From NCBI RefSeq assembly GCF_004010195.1, contig NC_057720.1, positions 15,783,543 through 15,826,939 on the forward strand: a stretch of 43,397 nt of DNA, read 5' to 3'. Below the pieces are notes generated by a model. The model worked only from the letters and a program-made list of their open reading frames with translations, did not search any database and was not told the DNA's origin. Numbering within the stretch: position 1 is the stretch's first letter; the number at the start of each line of letters is the position of its first letter. Origin of the DNA: Chiloscyllium plagiosum (lineage: Eukaryota). Position numbers and translations under genes: made by a program. Below are positions 11,670 to 23,390 of the stretch, in pieces.

Positions 11670-13140
11670 TTATTATCTTCAAAATAGAATCCTAAGATGA
11701 AAATGGAGACCACGGCAGGTTAGTGCAGAGGAGAAATGGGCCGAAGTGCATCAGATTGCGTTGCCAGTAACAAACAGACAGGAAGTGTTATGGGTAGCAC
11801 ATGAACTGACAGTAAGAGGTCACCAGGTGTAAAGAAGACTCAGGCTAAAGCACAAAAGCATTTCTATTGGCCTGGAATGCAGAAGGATGTGGTTAACTTT
11901 TGCCATACATGTCATACATGACAAATGGTAGGTAAGCCACAGGCGGTAATGAAGCCAGCACCTTTGCTGCCAATTCTCACATTCGAAGAACCTTTCATGT
12001 GGGTTATAACTGATTGTGTAGGTTCCCTCCCTAAAACTAAAAGTGGGAACCAGTATTTATTAACCATAATGGATGTGTCTACCAGATTTCTGGAGGCAAT
12101 TCCATTACACAGTATTAAAGCAAAAGGTATGGTAGATGAGTTAGTAGCTTTTTTCATGTGGTATGGGTTACCCTTAGAGATTCAATCAGACCAAGGGTCT
12201 AATTTTACTGTTAGGCTGTTAAAGGAAGTAATGGATAGCTTAGGCATACAGCACCTTAAATCAAGCACGTATCATCCTGAATCCTAGGGAGCTTTGGAAA
12301 GATGGCAACAGACCCTCAAGACCATGTTAAGAGCTTACTGTCAGGATTACCCGAATGACTGGGATAAAGATATCCCATTCGCATTGTTTGCCATTAGAGA
12401 TGCCCCAAACAAATCTACTCAGTTTACTCCCTTTGACTTAATATTCGGACATGAAGTGAAAGGACCTTTGAAATTAATTAAAGCGAAATTAACAGGACCA
12501 AAGTCAGAGAACAGAAAGTCAGGGCGGCACAGTGGCACAGTGGTTAGCACTGCTGCCTCACAGCTCCAGAGACCTGGGTTCAATTCCCGCCTCAGGCGAC
12601 TGACTGTGTGGAGTTTGCACGTTCTCCCCGTGTCTGCGTGGGTTTCCTCCGGGTGCTCCGGTTTCCTCCCACAGTCCAAAGATGTGCAGGTCAGGTGAAT
12701 TGGCCATGCTAAATTGCCCGTAGTGTTAGGTAAAGGGTAAATGTAGGGGGTATGGGTGGGTTGCGCTTCGGCAGGGCGGTGTGGACTTGTTGGGCCGAAG
12801 GGCCTGTTTCCACACTGTAAGTAATCTAATCTAATCTAATCTAAAAACTCACATTTGAATTATGTATTGGAGTTGAGGGAGAGATTAAATCGGGTAGATG
12901 AGTTAGCTAAACAATACTTGAAGAGGGCACAGCATAGAATGATGCAGGTGGCAGATAAAAACTCTAAAATGTGGACATTTTACCATGGGGATGATGTATT
13001 AGTATTGTTACCAGTGATAGGAGATCCCTTCAAAGTCAGGTTTAGTGGTCCCTATCAAACTGAGAAAAAGTTGAGTCAGGTAAGTTATCTGGTAAAGATG
13101 CAGATAGGAAAAAAATGTATCAGGTATGTCATGTGAATAT
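11670..13140 (+). pseudogene. Integrase (H2C2 plus DDE core), interrupted by an HE1 SINE
   Basis: AHE..., FYWPGMQKDVVNFCHTCHT; VITDCVGSLPKTKSGNQYLLTIMDVSTRFLEAIPL; IQSDQGSNFT; STYHPES*GALERWQQTLKTML; FSGPY. Confidence 0.92.
12521..12842 (+). mobile_element. HE1-type SINE, young, inserted into the integrase
   Basis: A-box TGGCACAGTGG, B-box GGTTCAATTCC, (TAATC)n tail; nearly identical to 23080-23390. Confidence 0.92.
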
Positions 13141-13299
13141 GTTGAAACCTTGTTGTAATAGAGAGCGGGAACCAGAGAAACAGGTGTTAGTTACCGCAGA
13201 GTAAGGAATCAAATCCAGATGTCATGGAGTTTGATGTACCTCAAAATAAGTTAATACCTTGAGGAGTGGGATAGGTTAGTGAACTATCTGTCTCAGGAG

Positions 13300-14615
13300 C
13301 AATGAACCCAGTTGAAAGGTTTGTTGCAGCAGTATGAGGACATATGCAGGAATAGGATGGGGAGGACTAATGCTATTGTACATGAGGTGGAAGTAGGGAA
13401 TACTGTACTGATAAAACAACACACTTACAGACTTAATCCTTTCAAAGCCACACAAGTCCAGAAGGAAATGGATGCGATGCTCAGCAAAGATATCATCGCA
13501 CCGAGTCAGAGCAAATGGAATTCACAGTCCCAAACCTAATGGGACTCAACGATTTTATGTGGATTATTGGAAGGTCAATACTGTAACAAGATCAGACTCA
13601 TACCAAATACCAAGATTGGAGGACTGTATCGAGAAAGTTGGACAAGCTAGTTGCATCACAAAGTTGGACTTACTGCGTGGTTATCAGCAGCGAAAGCAAA
13701 AGACTGCATTCATAACTCCAAAGGAGCTATATCAATTGAAAGTGATGCCCTTTGGAATGAAGAATGCACCGGCCACATTCCAAAGACTCATGAACAGAGT
13801 TGTGGCTGGGCTAACAAACTGTGCAGTCTATCTGGATGATGTAGTGATCTTTAGTGAGTCATGGAAAGATTACCTGGTGCTGTTAGCAAAGCTCTTTGAA
13901 CGATTAAGAGAAGCAAAACTGGTAATAAACTTAAAGAAAACAGAATTTATCAAGGCAGAAGTGACATTCTTGGGACATAACATTGGTCATGGAAGGTTGA
14001 CCCCAAGGAATGCAAAGTCAAAGGCCATTGAGGGATTTCCCCGACCAACCTCGAAGAAAGAGGTACTTCAATTTTTGGGACTAAGCGGATTCTACTAGAT
14101 GTTTGTTCCAAACTTCAGCAGCGTAGTGGCACTGCAAACAGATTTACTCAAGGAGAACACAAACTTTCAGTGGACAGAACTATGCCAGTAGGCATTTGAC
14201 AATTTCAAAGCAGTATTAACCACTGCACCAGTGTTAGCTACACCAAACTTGTGAGAAACCCTTCAAAGTTGCAATCGATGCTAGTGATATAGGAGTTGGA
14301 ACTGTACTGCTACAGGAAGATTATGATGGGATTGAATGGTCAAATGGCTACTTCTCAAAGAAACTCAACACCTACCAAAGAAAATACACTACCAGCGAAA
14401 AGGAATTATTGAATTTGGTACTGGCCTTACAACATTTTAATGTTTATGTGGTGAACAATATCTTGGAGACAGTTGTGTACAGGAATCATAATCCTCTTAC
14501 ATTCTTGTCATATGAGACTATATCATTGTAGCCTTATGTTATACACTTTTAGTTTACAAATTGTACATGTTGTGGGTCGTAAGAATGTTATAGCAGATGC
14601 TTTATTGCAGATTTA
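13300..14615 (+). pseudogene. Reverse transcriptase and RNase H, decayed
   Basis: RFYVDYWKVN, TKLDLLRGY, VMPFGMKNAPATFQRLMN, VYLDDVVIFS, FLGLSGFY; RNase H IDASDIGVGTVLLQ, SEKELL, NVIADAL. Confidence 0.92.
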
Positions 14616-14786
14616 ATGGATAAAATATAGATAACATTGAACAGACATTAATGTTTTATATACATGTGGGTGTGCAGAAATTAATATGACCTTCGATTAA
14701 TGTCCTATGTGTTTCATTGTAATGGGGCTAAGAATTAGGAAAAAAAAGTGAAGCTATCTTTTCATTATGATGGTCCATTTTTTCTT

Positions 14787-14797
14787 AAGAGGGGAGA
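14787..14797 (+). promoter_or_regulatory. Polypurine tract
   Basis: AAGAGGGGAGA directly abuts the 3' LTR. Confidence 0.85.
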
Positions 14798-15568
14798 TGT
14801 TATGAAGCTGAAGGCATATACTACACCTTTAAGAGAAAGTGAATGCTGTTTTGCACTGAGAGCTTACATGCACCTGTCATGACTAGCTAGCAGTATCAGT
14901 GTGTACTGGAAAATTGAAAATATGTAAGATTTGGCTGTGAAACACAGACCTTGAATTTTGGTTGCTATTGTGACAACAATTCAAATTTAACCAATCAGTT
15001 AATATTATGCCCCAGGATACTAAAACCCAATTGATTTTAAATTTATTGTTTTTGTCAACCTCGAACCAATGAAACGATCCAATGTTAGGGGTATAAAGAA
15101 ACAGGCATTTTTAAAAGTTAGACGGAGAGTACGTGCCATCGAGAGAAAGATTCCCATTCAAAACACTCTCCATCAAAGGCACTCTTTTTCATACGAAATG
15201 CCTTTGCAGGGAAAGACCGAAGATGACCCAAGGAGATTTTCAGCCAGAGGAGGGAGGACATTGACGATGAGAGCCGCTGTGTGGGTTTGAAATTAAGTTG
15301 ATGTAATTTTAACTTTTTTTTATGGGAACAATATATTATTATAGAGCTGGAGGCAGATAACATGCATTTAAGAAAAAGGAGGTGTAGAGTTGTAAATCGC
15401 TGTTGTTTAATGTTCACTTTTAGAGTTAAAGAATAAATTGATATTGTTTCTTTAAATGGTGGAATTTGTGAGTTCTCTGTCACTCATACTTTAACAGATT
15501 ATGAGGCAAGGTGAGCTTTTATGGGTGTTAGTTTAATTAGCAGAAGGGTTCACCGCTGTGTCGTAACA
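14798..15568 (+). repeat. 3' LTR
   Basis: TGTTATGAAG...TCGTAACA; direct repeat of 8209-8965. Confidence 0.93.
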
Positions 15569-15589
15569 TAAGTAACTACCCTCTGGTAC

Positions 15590-16545
15590 CTTGCACATAT
15601 GTCTACCTTTCATCAGCAAATCTGTACAGTGAAAGTCAATAAACTATTCCAACTACTGGGACATCACAGCCAAACTAAAGATTATCCATTCCTCAGTTAG
15701 CATGTCTCCAGGAGGTGTGAAAGTAGCAATCAGAAAGAGAAAATCTAATTGATGTTTCTGCTCAATAGGATGCTTACCCCTGTTGTCACTGAGTGTAGTT
15801 AGCTCAGCACAAAATGAAACTGCACCCAAGATCCTTCTCACCTGATTTCCTCAATTCCATTCTACACATCGTATGCAAAAATTGAGCAGTTGGGAATTTG
15901 TCTGGATAATCGTTCATTTTATCCAAGAATCCCTCTCCAGGAATTCTGGGAAAGGGGCTGTACATCGTCAAATGCTCAGCTAGGATGTAAGAGTAATGGA
16001 GGTCAAAGAATAACAATTTAGCTACAAAGAGGAATATCTAGTGGAGAATCTGGAGTGATCAGCTTGGAATTAAAACAGAAAAAGTAACAGTAGGACTTTA
16101 CAACATAAACAAAAGAAGCTGTGGTCACAAAAGCATAGTTTATACAGCATTTAGCAGTTGAATGATGCGAATACTTCACTTCAGCTATTCAACATCTTAG
16201 ACTTGTAGTTAACGTAACCAAAAGCAGGGGGAGTGGGGCCTGTGGAGCTAGTCTGAATCGTCAATCAGCAAAGATTTTTTGAATGACTCCAGGGAAGAAT
16301 TCTGTGGTGCTAATACAATTTTACAGAGTGGCCCTGGAGAGTTTGAGGGGAACAGCTAAATCTAAAAGAAATATTGCCTGAAGGAATTGGAAGAAATGGA
16401 GAAATGCAATACAAGTTACCTGCTGGAGTCAGTGTAACAAAACTGGCGGTTTAGCTCTGCTTGTGCTGTATAGATGGGAGAATCATAATGATCACACCAA
16501 TGTGTTGCATTTCAACTATGTTTTTAACAACCCAGTTGTAACTAT
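15590..16545 (-). pseudogene. Decayed coding segment of the host pseudogene
   Basis: About 150 codons with 4 stops (LQQVTCIAFLHFFQFLQAIFLLDLAVPLKLSRATL*...), then AKLLFFDLHYSYILAEHLTMYSPFPRIPGEGFLDKMNDYPDKFPTAQFLHTMCRMELRKS, then VRRILGAVSFCAELTTLSDNRGKHPIEQKHQLDFLFLIATF. The internal boundaries (frameshift versus splice) are unresolved. Confidence 0.65.
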
Positions 16546-16644
16546 ACCATGGCTCAGTAAGGAACGAGTCTCAACTCTGAGTCAGCAGGTAATGATTTGA
16601 GATTTGAACAGAGAACCTAGACTGATGCTGCAGTGTTGTACCAA

Positions 16645-16845
16645 CTCTGTTCTCATTCAAGATAGCACTGACTCGGTAACTCTTTGTGAGCTCTCTATGG
16701 CAGATCTTGTTCTCACATTTCTTCTTCGCTCTGTTCTATCACCCTCATGCACTTTGTATGGTATCATCTGCCTGTACTGGACGCAAAGCAAAATAATTCA
16801 CCGTACCGAGGTACATATGACAATAATAAATCAAATCAATCAAAC
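16645..16845 (+). mobile_element. LINE 3' end fragment (possibly Rex1/Babar-like) with an (ATCAA)n tail
   Basis: ATCTGCCTGTACTG...GTACATATGACAATAATAAATCAAATCAATCAA; a related copy lies at 25066-25172. Confidence 0.5.
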
Positions 16846-16981
16846 AGAGAGCTGCATCATGTCAGAGGTTGGCTTTTGGATGATATGTTAAAGCGAGGCC
16901 TTGACTCCCTTCCCATGTGGATGTCAATATTTTCCAACAACCATTGACATATCATTGAACTAGGTGAGTCTTGAACCTAGG

Positions 16982-17105
16982 AGGGCTTTTGCCCAAAACT
17001 TCGATTTTCCTGCTCCTCGGATGCTGCCTGAACTGCTGTGCTTTTCCAGCACCAGTCTAATCCAGAATCTGGTTTCCAGCATCTGCAGTCCTTGTTTTTA
17101 CCTAG
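16982..17105 (+). mobile_element. Penelope pLTR-derived insert with a 14-bp TSD
   Basis: Same family as 33037-33169; TSD GTCTTGAACCTAGG at 16968-16981 and 17106-17119. Confidence 0.88.
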
Positions 17106-17345
17106 GTCTTGAACCTAGGCCATATGACGCAGAGATAGGAACACTACTCGTGCACTACAAGTGTCCCATACTGATGTAAAATACCCAGTGGCATTATTTA
17201 AAATAAGTGCATTCTCCCTGATATCCAGGTCAATAGTAATCATTGATTCTAATTACTACTAATGATTATCTGGTCATTATCACGTTTCTCTTGTTGGTAG
17301 CAATTCGTCTAGTTTCCTGCATTGAACCAGTGACTTTATTTCAAA

Positions 17346-17554
17346 TAAAAACCAAAATAACTGCAGATGCTGTAAACCAGAAACAAAACAGAAATTGCTG
17401 GAAAAACTCAGGAGGTCTGGCATCATCTGTGGAAAGAAAGCAGAGTCAGGAAGGGTTTCTGAGGAAGGGTCACTTGACCTGAAATTTTAACTCTGATTTC
17501 TCTCCACAGATGCTGCCAAACCTGCTGAGCTTTTCCAGCAATTTCTGTTTTTGC
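17346..17554. mobile_element. Palindromic Penelope pLTR-derived insert with a TSD
   Basis: Inverted arms AACAGAAATTGCTGGAAAAACTCAG / CTGAGCTTTTCCAGCAATTTCTGTT; TSD GACTT(T/C)ATTTCAAA at 17332-17345 and 17555-17568; core CTGAGGA...GAAA at 17459-17484. Confidence 0.85.
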
Positions 17555-18199
17555 GACTTCATTTCAAAAGTACTTAATTATCTGTAAAGTACGATAGGAT
17601 GCCATAAAGTTGTAAAAGGTGCTTTATGAGTGTAAGTACCATTTGTCCATGTAAATTGTTATATAACAGTACGTCAGTTCCAATATTGAACACTAGAGGG
17701 TTCTCCAATAGCCATAGTATTGTACATTGTTGCTCAGAGTATTCAGGTCAGAGGTCAGTTTCTCTGTTTCTTTTTAAGCATCATGCTTGCATTGTCACCT
17801 GTGTTCAGTGTATGGCATCACCCTACAGCTCAAACCCATTCTAAAGGCAATTGTTTCATCCACGGAACTAGGCAACTGGCATTTTGGACTTTTGTTGTAT
17901 AACGAAGCATTCAAGGTTTAAAAGGGGGAGGTCCTCTTATCTGTTGTTATTTATTTTCACAGTTTGAATATCTATTCCCCAGATTATAGGAAATATTGAC
18001 TTACTGTAACTGAGATACACAAAGCCAAATGTTTGTAATTAGTAAAATCTCTCCTCAAAAGAGTAGCAGTGACAACATGATTGAACTTCATGACTGAATA
18101 AGCCCAAAATTAAATGCTTTCAGAACCAACCTACATATTTGAATAGTATGTAATTACTTTTCTATTTATTGCAAAAGGAAGGAACGTTAATTAAATTAA

Positions 18200-18470
18200 C
18201 TGCTTTAATTTAGATGTCCTGGATGTTGATTGCTTGATCTATGATACTGCCTCAGTGGAGATTTCTGCCTTTCCCCCCATAGAGTAGGAATCTATTTTTA
18301 ATATGTAGGCCTTTAATAAGATCTTTCGAGAGGTGCAGTCCCTGACTTTATCATTCTTATAATGGATTCTGTCATTTGATAACAAAGTTTGAATCTGTCT
18401 ATCCATTTATTTGATGTCATGAAAGCATTAATCACTGCATTAATGTAATCTACTCAGTGATGCCCTCATT
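18200..18470 (-). pseudogene. Candidate decayed exon
   Basis: Follows a pyrimidine tract (the acceptor reads TGG, possibly a mutated TAG): *GHH*VDYINAVINAFMTSNKWIDRFKLCYQMTESIIRMIKSG, frameshift, KDLIKGLHIKNRFLLYGGKAEISTEAVS. Confidence 0.5.
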
Positions 18471-18629
18471 CCAAGAATGAATGACAAAGAAATGACATAG
18501 CCAAGTCACAATAGGAAACTGTTACCATTAATTTCATAAACAATGAGTATTATAAGGGAACCAAGTTATTATGGTACAACATGAGAAGAGTGGCAATATA
18601 TTACTGAGGTAGTTCTAAGTAGCAGGGCT

Positions 18630-19040
18630 TAGAATCATACAATGCAGAATGAGACCCTTGGGCCCATTGTGCTGATGCCTACAATTTGAACAAGTTATTC
18701 ATTAGGTCCCACTCCCTTGCTCTTCTCCATGGCTCTGCAATTTTTTCTGCTTTTATGCATATTTTCAATTCCCTTTTGAATTTGCTAGGACAACGCCAGA
18801 ACCAAATTGTTATACGTTTGGAAAACGCTTGCTGATGTTGGAATTAAATCCTAAATAGGTTGTGATTTATGATTTGAAATGCTCTCACTGAAAGGTCAGT
18901 GAATGAGACTTCAACAGTAACAATCAAATGGGAATTGGGCAGCGGATGGAAAGGAAACAGTTATGGGCAAAGAGTTGAGGAGTGGGGATCACTTTTACAT
19001 GGACACGATCAGTAAGAATTTTTGGATGCGGAATTTCCTG
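18630..19040. mobile_element. Two degenerate CR1-type 3' fragments (minus 18630-18785, plus about 18815-19040)
   Basis: AGAATCATACAATGCAGAATGAGACCCTTGGGCCC; TTATGGGCAAAGAGTTGAGGAGTGGG. Confidence 0.5.
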
Positions 19041-19068
19041 TCCCACTATCCAATGAGTCAATGGGGAA

Positions 19069-19626
19069 TGTAATGGACCAAACCAAACCCCCTCAAAATA
19101 TATTCAGAAGATCATCTGGACGCGAGCCTTTTCTTATTTTAAAGGTGAGTGTCAGTACGGTGTTGCATTCCAGCTGCAATTCGATTGATCAAACTTTCAA
19201 ATTGGAAGCAAAACACACTTTATCCATACATTCTAGTTAAAATACGACAGAAGAACAAATAAGGAAAAGAATTGGCTTAGCTGTCTATCAAAATGCTTAA
19301 CAAATAATTGATACTGTAACTGTTATTAATTAATTTTTCTAATCTAGTAACATGCCATAAATATACCCGTGGCAAAGGTAAATTCAGAAAAATAGATTGT
19401 ACCATATACAACTCCAGCAGGAGGAAGAGAAATGCAGCTTTCAGCTGTAAAGAGAGAGGGAAAAAAACAATTCCCATATCTTCAAGACCTCAACAGCAAC
19501 TGCTACTGTGAAACTAAAAACTAAAAATCCCTGCTCTGTTGGAGTTTGACCACACCCATTCAGGCTGCTTCTATTGTTCCAACTTCTTTAAGAAAAAACA
19601 AATCCAAAGCAGAAGCTGCAATTACA
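19069..19626. mobile_element. Probable solo LTR
   Basis: Perfect 6-bp terminal inverted repeat TGTAAT...ATTACA; non-coding, 558 bp; the TSD is not well preserved. Confidence 0.55.
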
Positions 19627-20060
19627 ATAACAAATTTATAGTGGCTGAGTGATCACTGCATCCAGCTTACATCTACTGGAACTGAGCGTCAATAACGTCC
19701 TGTCTAGCTTGTTGCATCTGATGCTGCTGTGTTCAATCATGCAGATACAATGGGATGAATGGCTTCCTCCTGCACTGAGCTAATAACTGTGAGAAATCAC
19801 CAAGACACACATCCCAGAGAATTGCTAAGAGAAGCAATCACAAAGGCTTTCAGCATCATTTCCTATGCCTCTCTGGCTATCATAGTGCTGAGGACTAGAG
19901 ACTGACTGACATTATACAATTGCGTATAATGGGAAGCAGTCAGTTGACTGGACAACTAGTTTGTAATGCAGAGTATCACCAACAGTGCAAGTTCAATTCC
20001 AGCAGTAGCTGAGGTTACCATGAAGGTCTCTCCTTCTCAATCTCCCCTTGTCTGAGGTGT

Positions 20061-21755
20061 TAAATGTCTTGTGAGCTCATGCCTCATAAACCTTACTGAG
20101 TTCTTTGAGATGTGTGACCAAACAGGTAGATGAAGGTAAAGTGGTTGATGTGGTTTATACGGATTTCAGTAAGGCATTTGATATGGTTCCCCATGCACAA
20201 AATACAGATGCATGGGATTGAGGGCGTTTTAGCAGTTTGGATCAGACATTGGCTAGCAGAAAGAAGAGAGAGGGTGATGGTTGATGGGAAATGTTCATCC
20301 TGGAGTTCAGTTCCTACTGGTGTACCGCAAGGATCTGTTTTGGGGCCACTGCCATTTTTATAAATGACATCGATGAGGGCATAGAGGGATGGGCTAGTAA
20401 ATTTGTGGATGACACTAAGGTCAGTAGTGATGAAGAATGTTATAGGTTACAGAGGGACATAGATAAGTTGCAGAGCTGAGCTGAGAGGTGTCAAATGGAA
20501 CTTAATGCAGAAAAGTGTGAGGTGATTCAAAGAACAAAATCTACTGTCTAAACCTGTCACCGAATTCCTAAGCATCTGTATCCCTCTGCTCCCCACCTAC
20601 CCATGTATCTGTCCAGATGCATCTTAAATGAATCTACCATGACTGCTTCTACCACCTTTGCTGGCAACGCATTCCAAATGCCCACCACCCTCTGTGTGAA
20701 GTACTTGCCGCATGTATCCCCCTTAAACTTCCCACCTCTCACCTTGAAAGTGTGACCTCTCGTTAATGAAACCTTCACCCTGGGAAAAAGCTTATCTCTA
20801 TCCACCCTGTCTATTCCCTTCATGATTTTGTAAACCTCAATCAGGTCCCCCCTCAATCTCCTTTTTTCTAATGAAGACAAACCTAACCTACTCAACCTCT
20901 CTTCATAGCTAGCACTTTCCATACCAGGCAATATCCTCGTAAATCTTCTCTGCACCCTCTCCAAAGCGTCCACATCTTTTTGGTAATGTGGCGAACAGAA
21001 CTGTACACAGTATTCTAAATGCGGCCAAATTCACTTTTGAAGGAGCAACAGAAATACAGAGTACTGGGCTAATGGTAAGATTCTTGGTAGTGTGGATGAG
21101 TAGAGATATCTCGGTGTCCATGTACATAGATCCCTGAAAGTTGTCACCCAGGTTGTTAGGGTTGTTAAGAAGGCATATGGTGTGTTAGCTTTTATTGGGT
21201 TTGAGTTTCGGAGCCATGATGTCATGTTGCAGCTGTACAAAACTCTGGTGCGGTCACACTTGGAGTACAGCGTACAGTTCTGGTCACCGCATTATAAGAA
21301 GGATGAGGAAACCTTGGAAAGGGTCCAGGGGAGATATATTAGGATGTTGTCTGTATGGATGGAAGGTCTTATGAGGAAAGGCTGAGGGACTTGAGGCTGT
21401 TTTCATTAGAGAGAAGAAGGTTGAGAGGTGACTTAATTGAGACACACAAGATAATCAGAGGGTTAGATAGGATAGACATGGCTAGCACAGGGGGACGTAG
21501 CTTTAAATTAAGGAATGATAAATATAGGACAGGTGTCACAGATAGTTTCTTTACTCAGTGTAGAAAGGGCATGGAACGATCTGTCTGCAAACATAGTAGA
21601 CTCACCAAATTTCAGGGCATTTAAATGGCCATTAGATAAACATATGCATGAAAATGGAATAGTGTAGGATAGATGGGCTTCAGATTGGTTCTACAGGTTG
21701 ACGCAACATGAAGGGCCGAAGGGCCTGTACTGCGCTATAATGTTCTACGTTCTAT
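20061..21755 (+). mobile_element. CR1 LINE (RT to 3' tail), itself interrupted by an antisense CR1
   Basis: DVVYTDFSKAFD, GVPQGSVLGPL, SKFVDDTK, LYKTLVRSHLEYSVQFWSPHY; tail (TTCTATG)n. Confidence 0.92.
20530..21028 (-). mobile_element. CR1 LINE 3' fragment nested in a CR1
   Basis: ORF 20557-20973 ALERVQRRFTRILPG...RLRGDLIEVYKIM; TSD ATTCA at 20525-20529 and 21029-21033. Confidence 0.9.
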
Positions 21756-21929
21756 GTGTGGTGACCTCCAAGTTAAACCACCACCAGTTTTCTCTCTCTC
21801 TCTCTCTCTCTCTCTACAGTAAGAGAGTAGCTGTATGGTCTGGTAGGACTACACTAACGGGTTTATAAAGAGTGAAAATCAAGTAAATCCATCAATTAGC
21901 CTGGTGATGGCAGGCAAAATACTGGGGAA

Positions 21930-22540
21930 TACTCGTTAGCCCATGGCGAGAGTACATCATACAATTCAGGCCACCATGTTACTAAAAGGCTGTGATCACA
22001 TTAAAATTGATGCCTAATAAATTAATAAGGACATTGCCAGGAAATGAGAATGTTAGCATTGAGGCGAGATTGGCTGGGCCACATTGTTTTCTTGAAAACA
22101 GAGGAGACTGAGATGAAATTTAATTAAGGTATATAAAGTTATGGTAGACCTAGATAGAGTGAGCTGAAAGGTCTTATCAGGAAGATCAATATGCGAGAGT
22201 ACTAAAGGCAATTGGAAGGATGGATGGCACAGTGGTTAGCACTGCTGCCTTATAGTGCCAGAAACCTGGGTTCAATTCCCGCCTCAGGCAACTGCCTGTG
22301 TGGAGTTTGCACATTCTTCTTGTGTCTGCGTGTGGGTGCTCTGGTTTCCTCCCACAGTCCAAAAATGTACAGGTCAGGTGAATTGGCCATGCTAAATTGC
22401 CTGTAGTGTTAGGTGTAGGGGGGGTGGGTTGGTGTGAACTTGTTGGGCCAAAGGGCCTGTTTCCACACTGTCAGTAATCTAATGATACAGGGGAGTTGAA
22501 GAGAAACATTTTTATTCAGAAGATGGTGAAAGTCTTATGA
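21930..22540 (+). mobile_element. Highly degenerate CR1 3' fragment containing an HE1 SINE
   Basis: ACAGAGGAGACTGAGATGAAATTTAATTAAGGTATATAAAGTTATG (RRLR-NLIKVYKVM). Confidence 0.6.
22218..22483 (+). mobile_element. HE1-type SINE
   Basis: TGGCACAGTGGTTAGCACTGCTGCC...GGGCCTGTTTCCACACTG. Confidence 0.9.
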
Positions 22541-23079
22541 CTCAGCAGCAGCCCTACTGATCGAGGTGATTAGATTTGAAAGGACAAAGCTGCTCAACTG
22601 GGTCTGCAGCAGATGGTGAAGGAATCAACAAGAAGGGAAAACATACTTGACCTCATCCTTACGAATCTACCAGCTGCAGGTGCATCTGCCCATGACAGTC
22701 TGTCCACTACAGAGTCTTTGTGGAGACAATGACTCACCTTTACACTGAGAATAACCTCCATTGTATTGTGTGGCACTGTCATTGTGCTAAATGGGACAGA
22801 CGTGAACAGATCTCACAGCTCAAGACTGGGCATCAATGAGGTGCTGTGGGCATCAACAGCAACAGAATTGTAGCCCAATTTGTAACCTCATGGCCTGACA
22901 TATACCCTACTCAACCATTACTATCAAGCCAGGGGATCAACCCTGGTTCAATGGAGAGCGGAAGAGAGCATGACAGGAATGGCACCAGGCATACCTGAAG
23001 ATGAAGTATTAACCTGGTGAAGCCACCAAACAAGATTACTTGTGTGCAAGACAGCAACAGCAGCAAGTGTTAGACAAGT

Positions 23080-23390
23080 GGGCGGCACGGTGGCACAGTG
23101 GTTAGCACTGCTGCCTCACAGCGCCAGAGACCCGGGTTCAATTCCCGACTCAGGCGACTGACTGTGTGGAGTTTGCACATTCTCCCTGTGTCTGCGTGGG
23201 TTTCCTCCGGGTGCTCCGGTTTCCTCCCACAGTCCAAAAGATGTGCAGGTCAGGTGAATTGGCCATGCTAAATTGCCCGTAGTGTTAGTAAGGAGGGGTA
23301 AGTGTAGGGGTATGGGTGGGTTGCGCTTCGGCGGGTCAGTGTGGACTTGTTGGGCCGAAGGGCCTGTTTCCATACTGTAAGTAATCTAAT
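23080..23390 (+). mobile_element. HE1-type SINE, young
   Basis: Intact A and B boxes, CpG-rich, nearly identical to 12521-12842. Confidence 0.92.

Larger units (their letters stand above)
8209..15568 (+). mobile_element. Full-length decayed LTR retrotransposon, Gypsy superfamily, Gmr1-type (PR-INT-RT-RH)
   Basis: Two LTRs of about 760 bp with TG...CA ends; 4-bp TSD TAAA (8205-8208) / TAAG (15569-15572); PBS, PPT, gag, protease, and integrase upstream of RT. Confidence 0.93.
16547..17637 (+). mobile_element. Old Deu-domain SINE (SacSINE1/AmnSINE-like) fragmented by younger insertions
   Basis: tRNA-like head GGCTCAGTA...CTCTGAGTCAG, TTTTGGATGATATGTTAAAGCGAGGCC, GATTATCTGGTCATTATCAC, tail TTCAAAAGTACTTAATT...AAAGGTGCTTTAT. 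Confidence 0.7.
19937..21850 (+). mobile_element. tRNA-derived SINE split by a CR1 insertion (halves at about 19937-20060 and 21756-21850)
   Basis: The head has AAGTTCAATTCC. The sequence breaks at CTGAGGTGT and resumes at TGTGGTGACCTCCAAGTTAAACCACCACC with a (CT)n tract. Confidence 0.6.

Noticed and set aside
12521..12600. tRNA-like A/B boxes (also at 22218, 23080, 34554, 36790)
   Set aside because: These are SINE heads, with no complete cloverleaf
15842..16022. Stop-free 60-codon AG...GT segment as a functional exon
   Set aside because: The flanks on both sides are also protein-like with stops, so it is more likely a surviving part of a larger decayed exon; function is not supported
17640..17990. 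Possible further pseudo-exon segment
   Set aside because: All three minus frames contain several stops and I could not choose one; left uncalled
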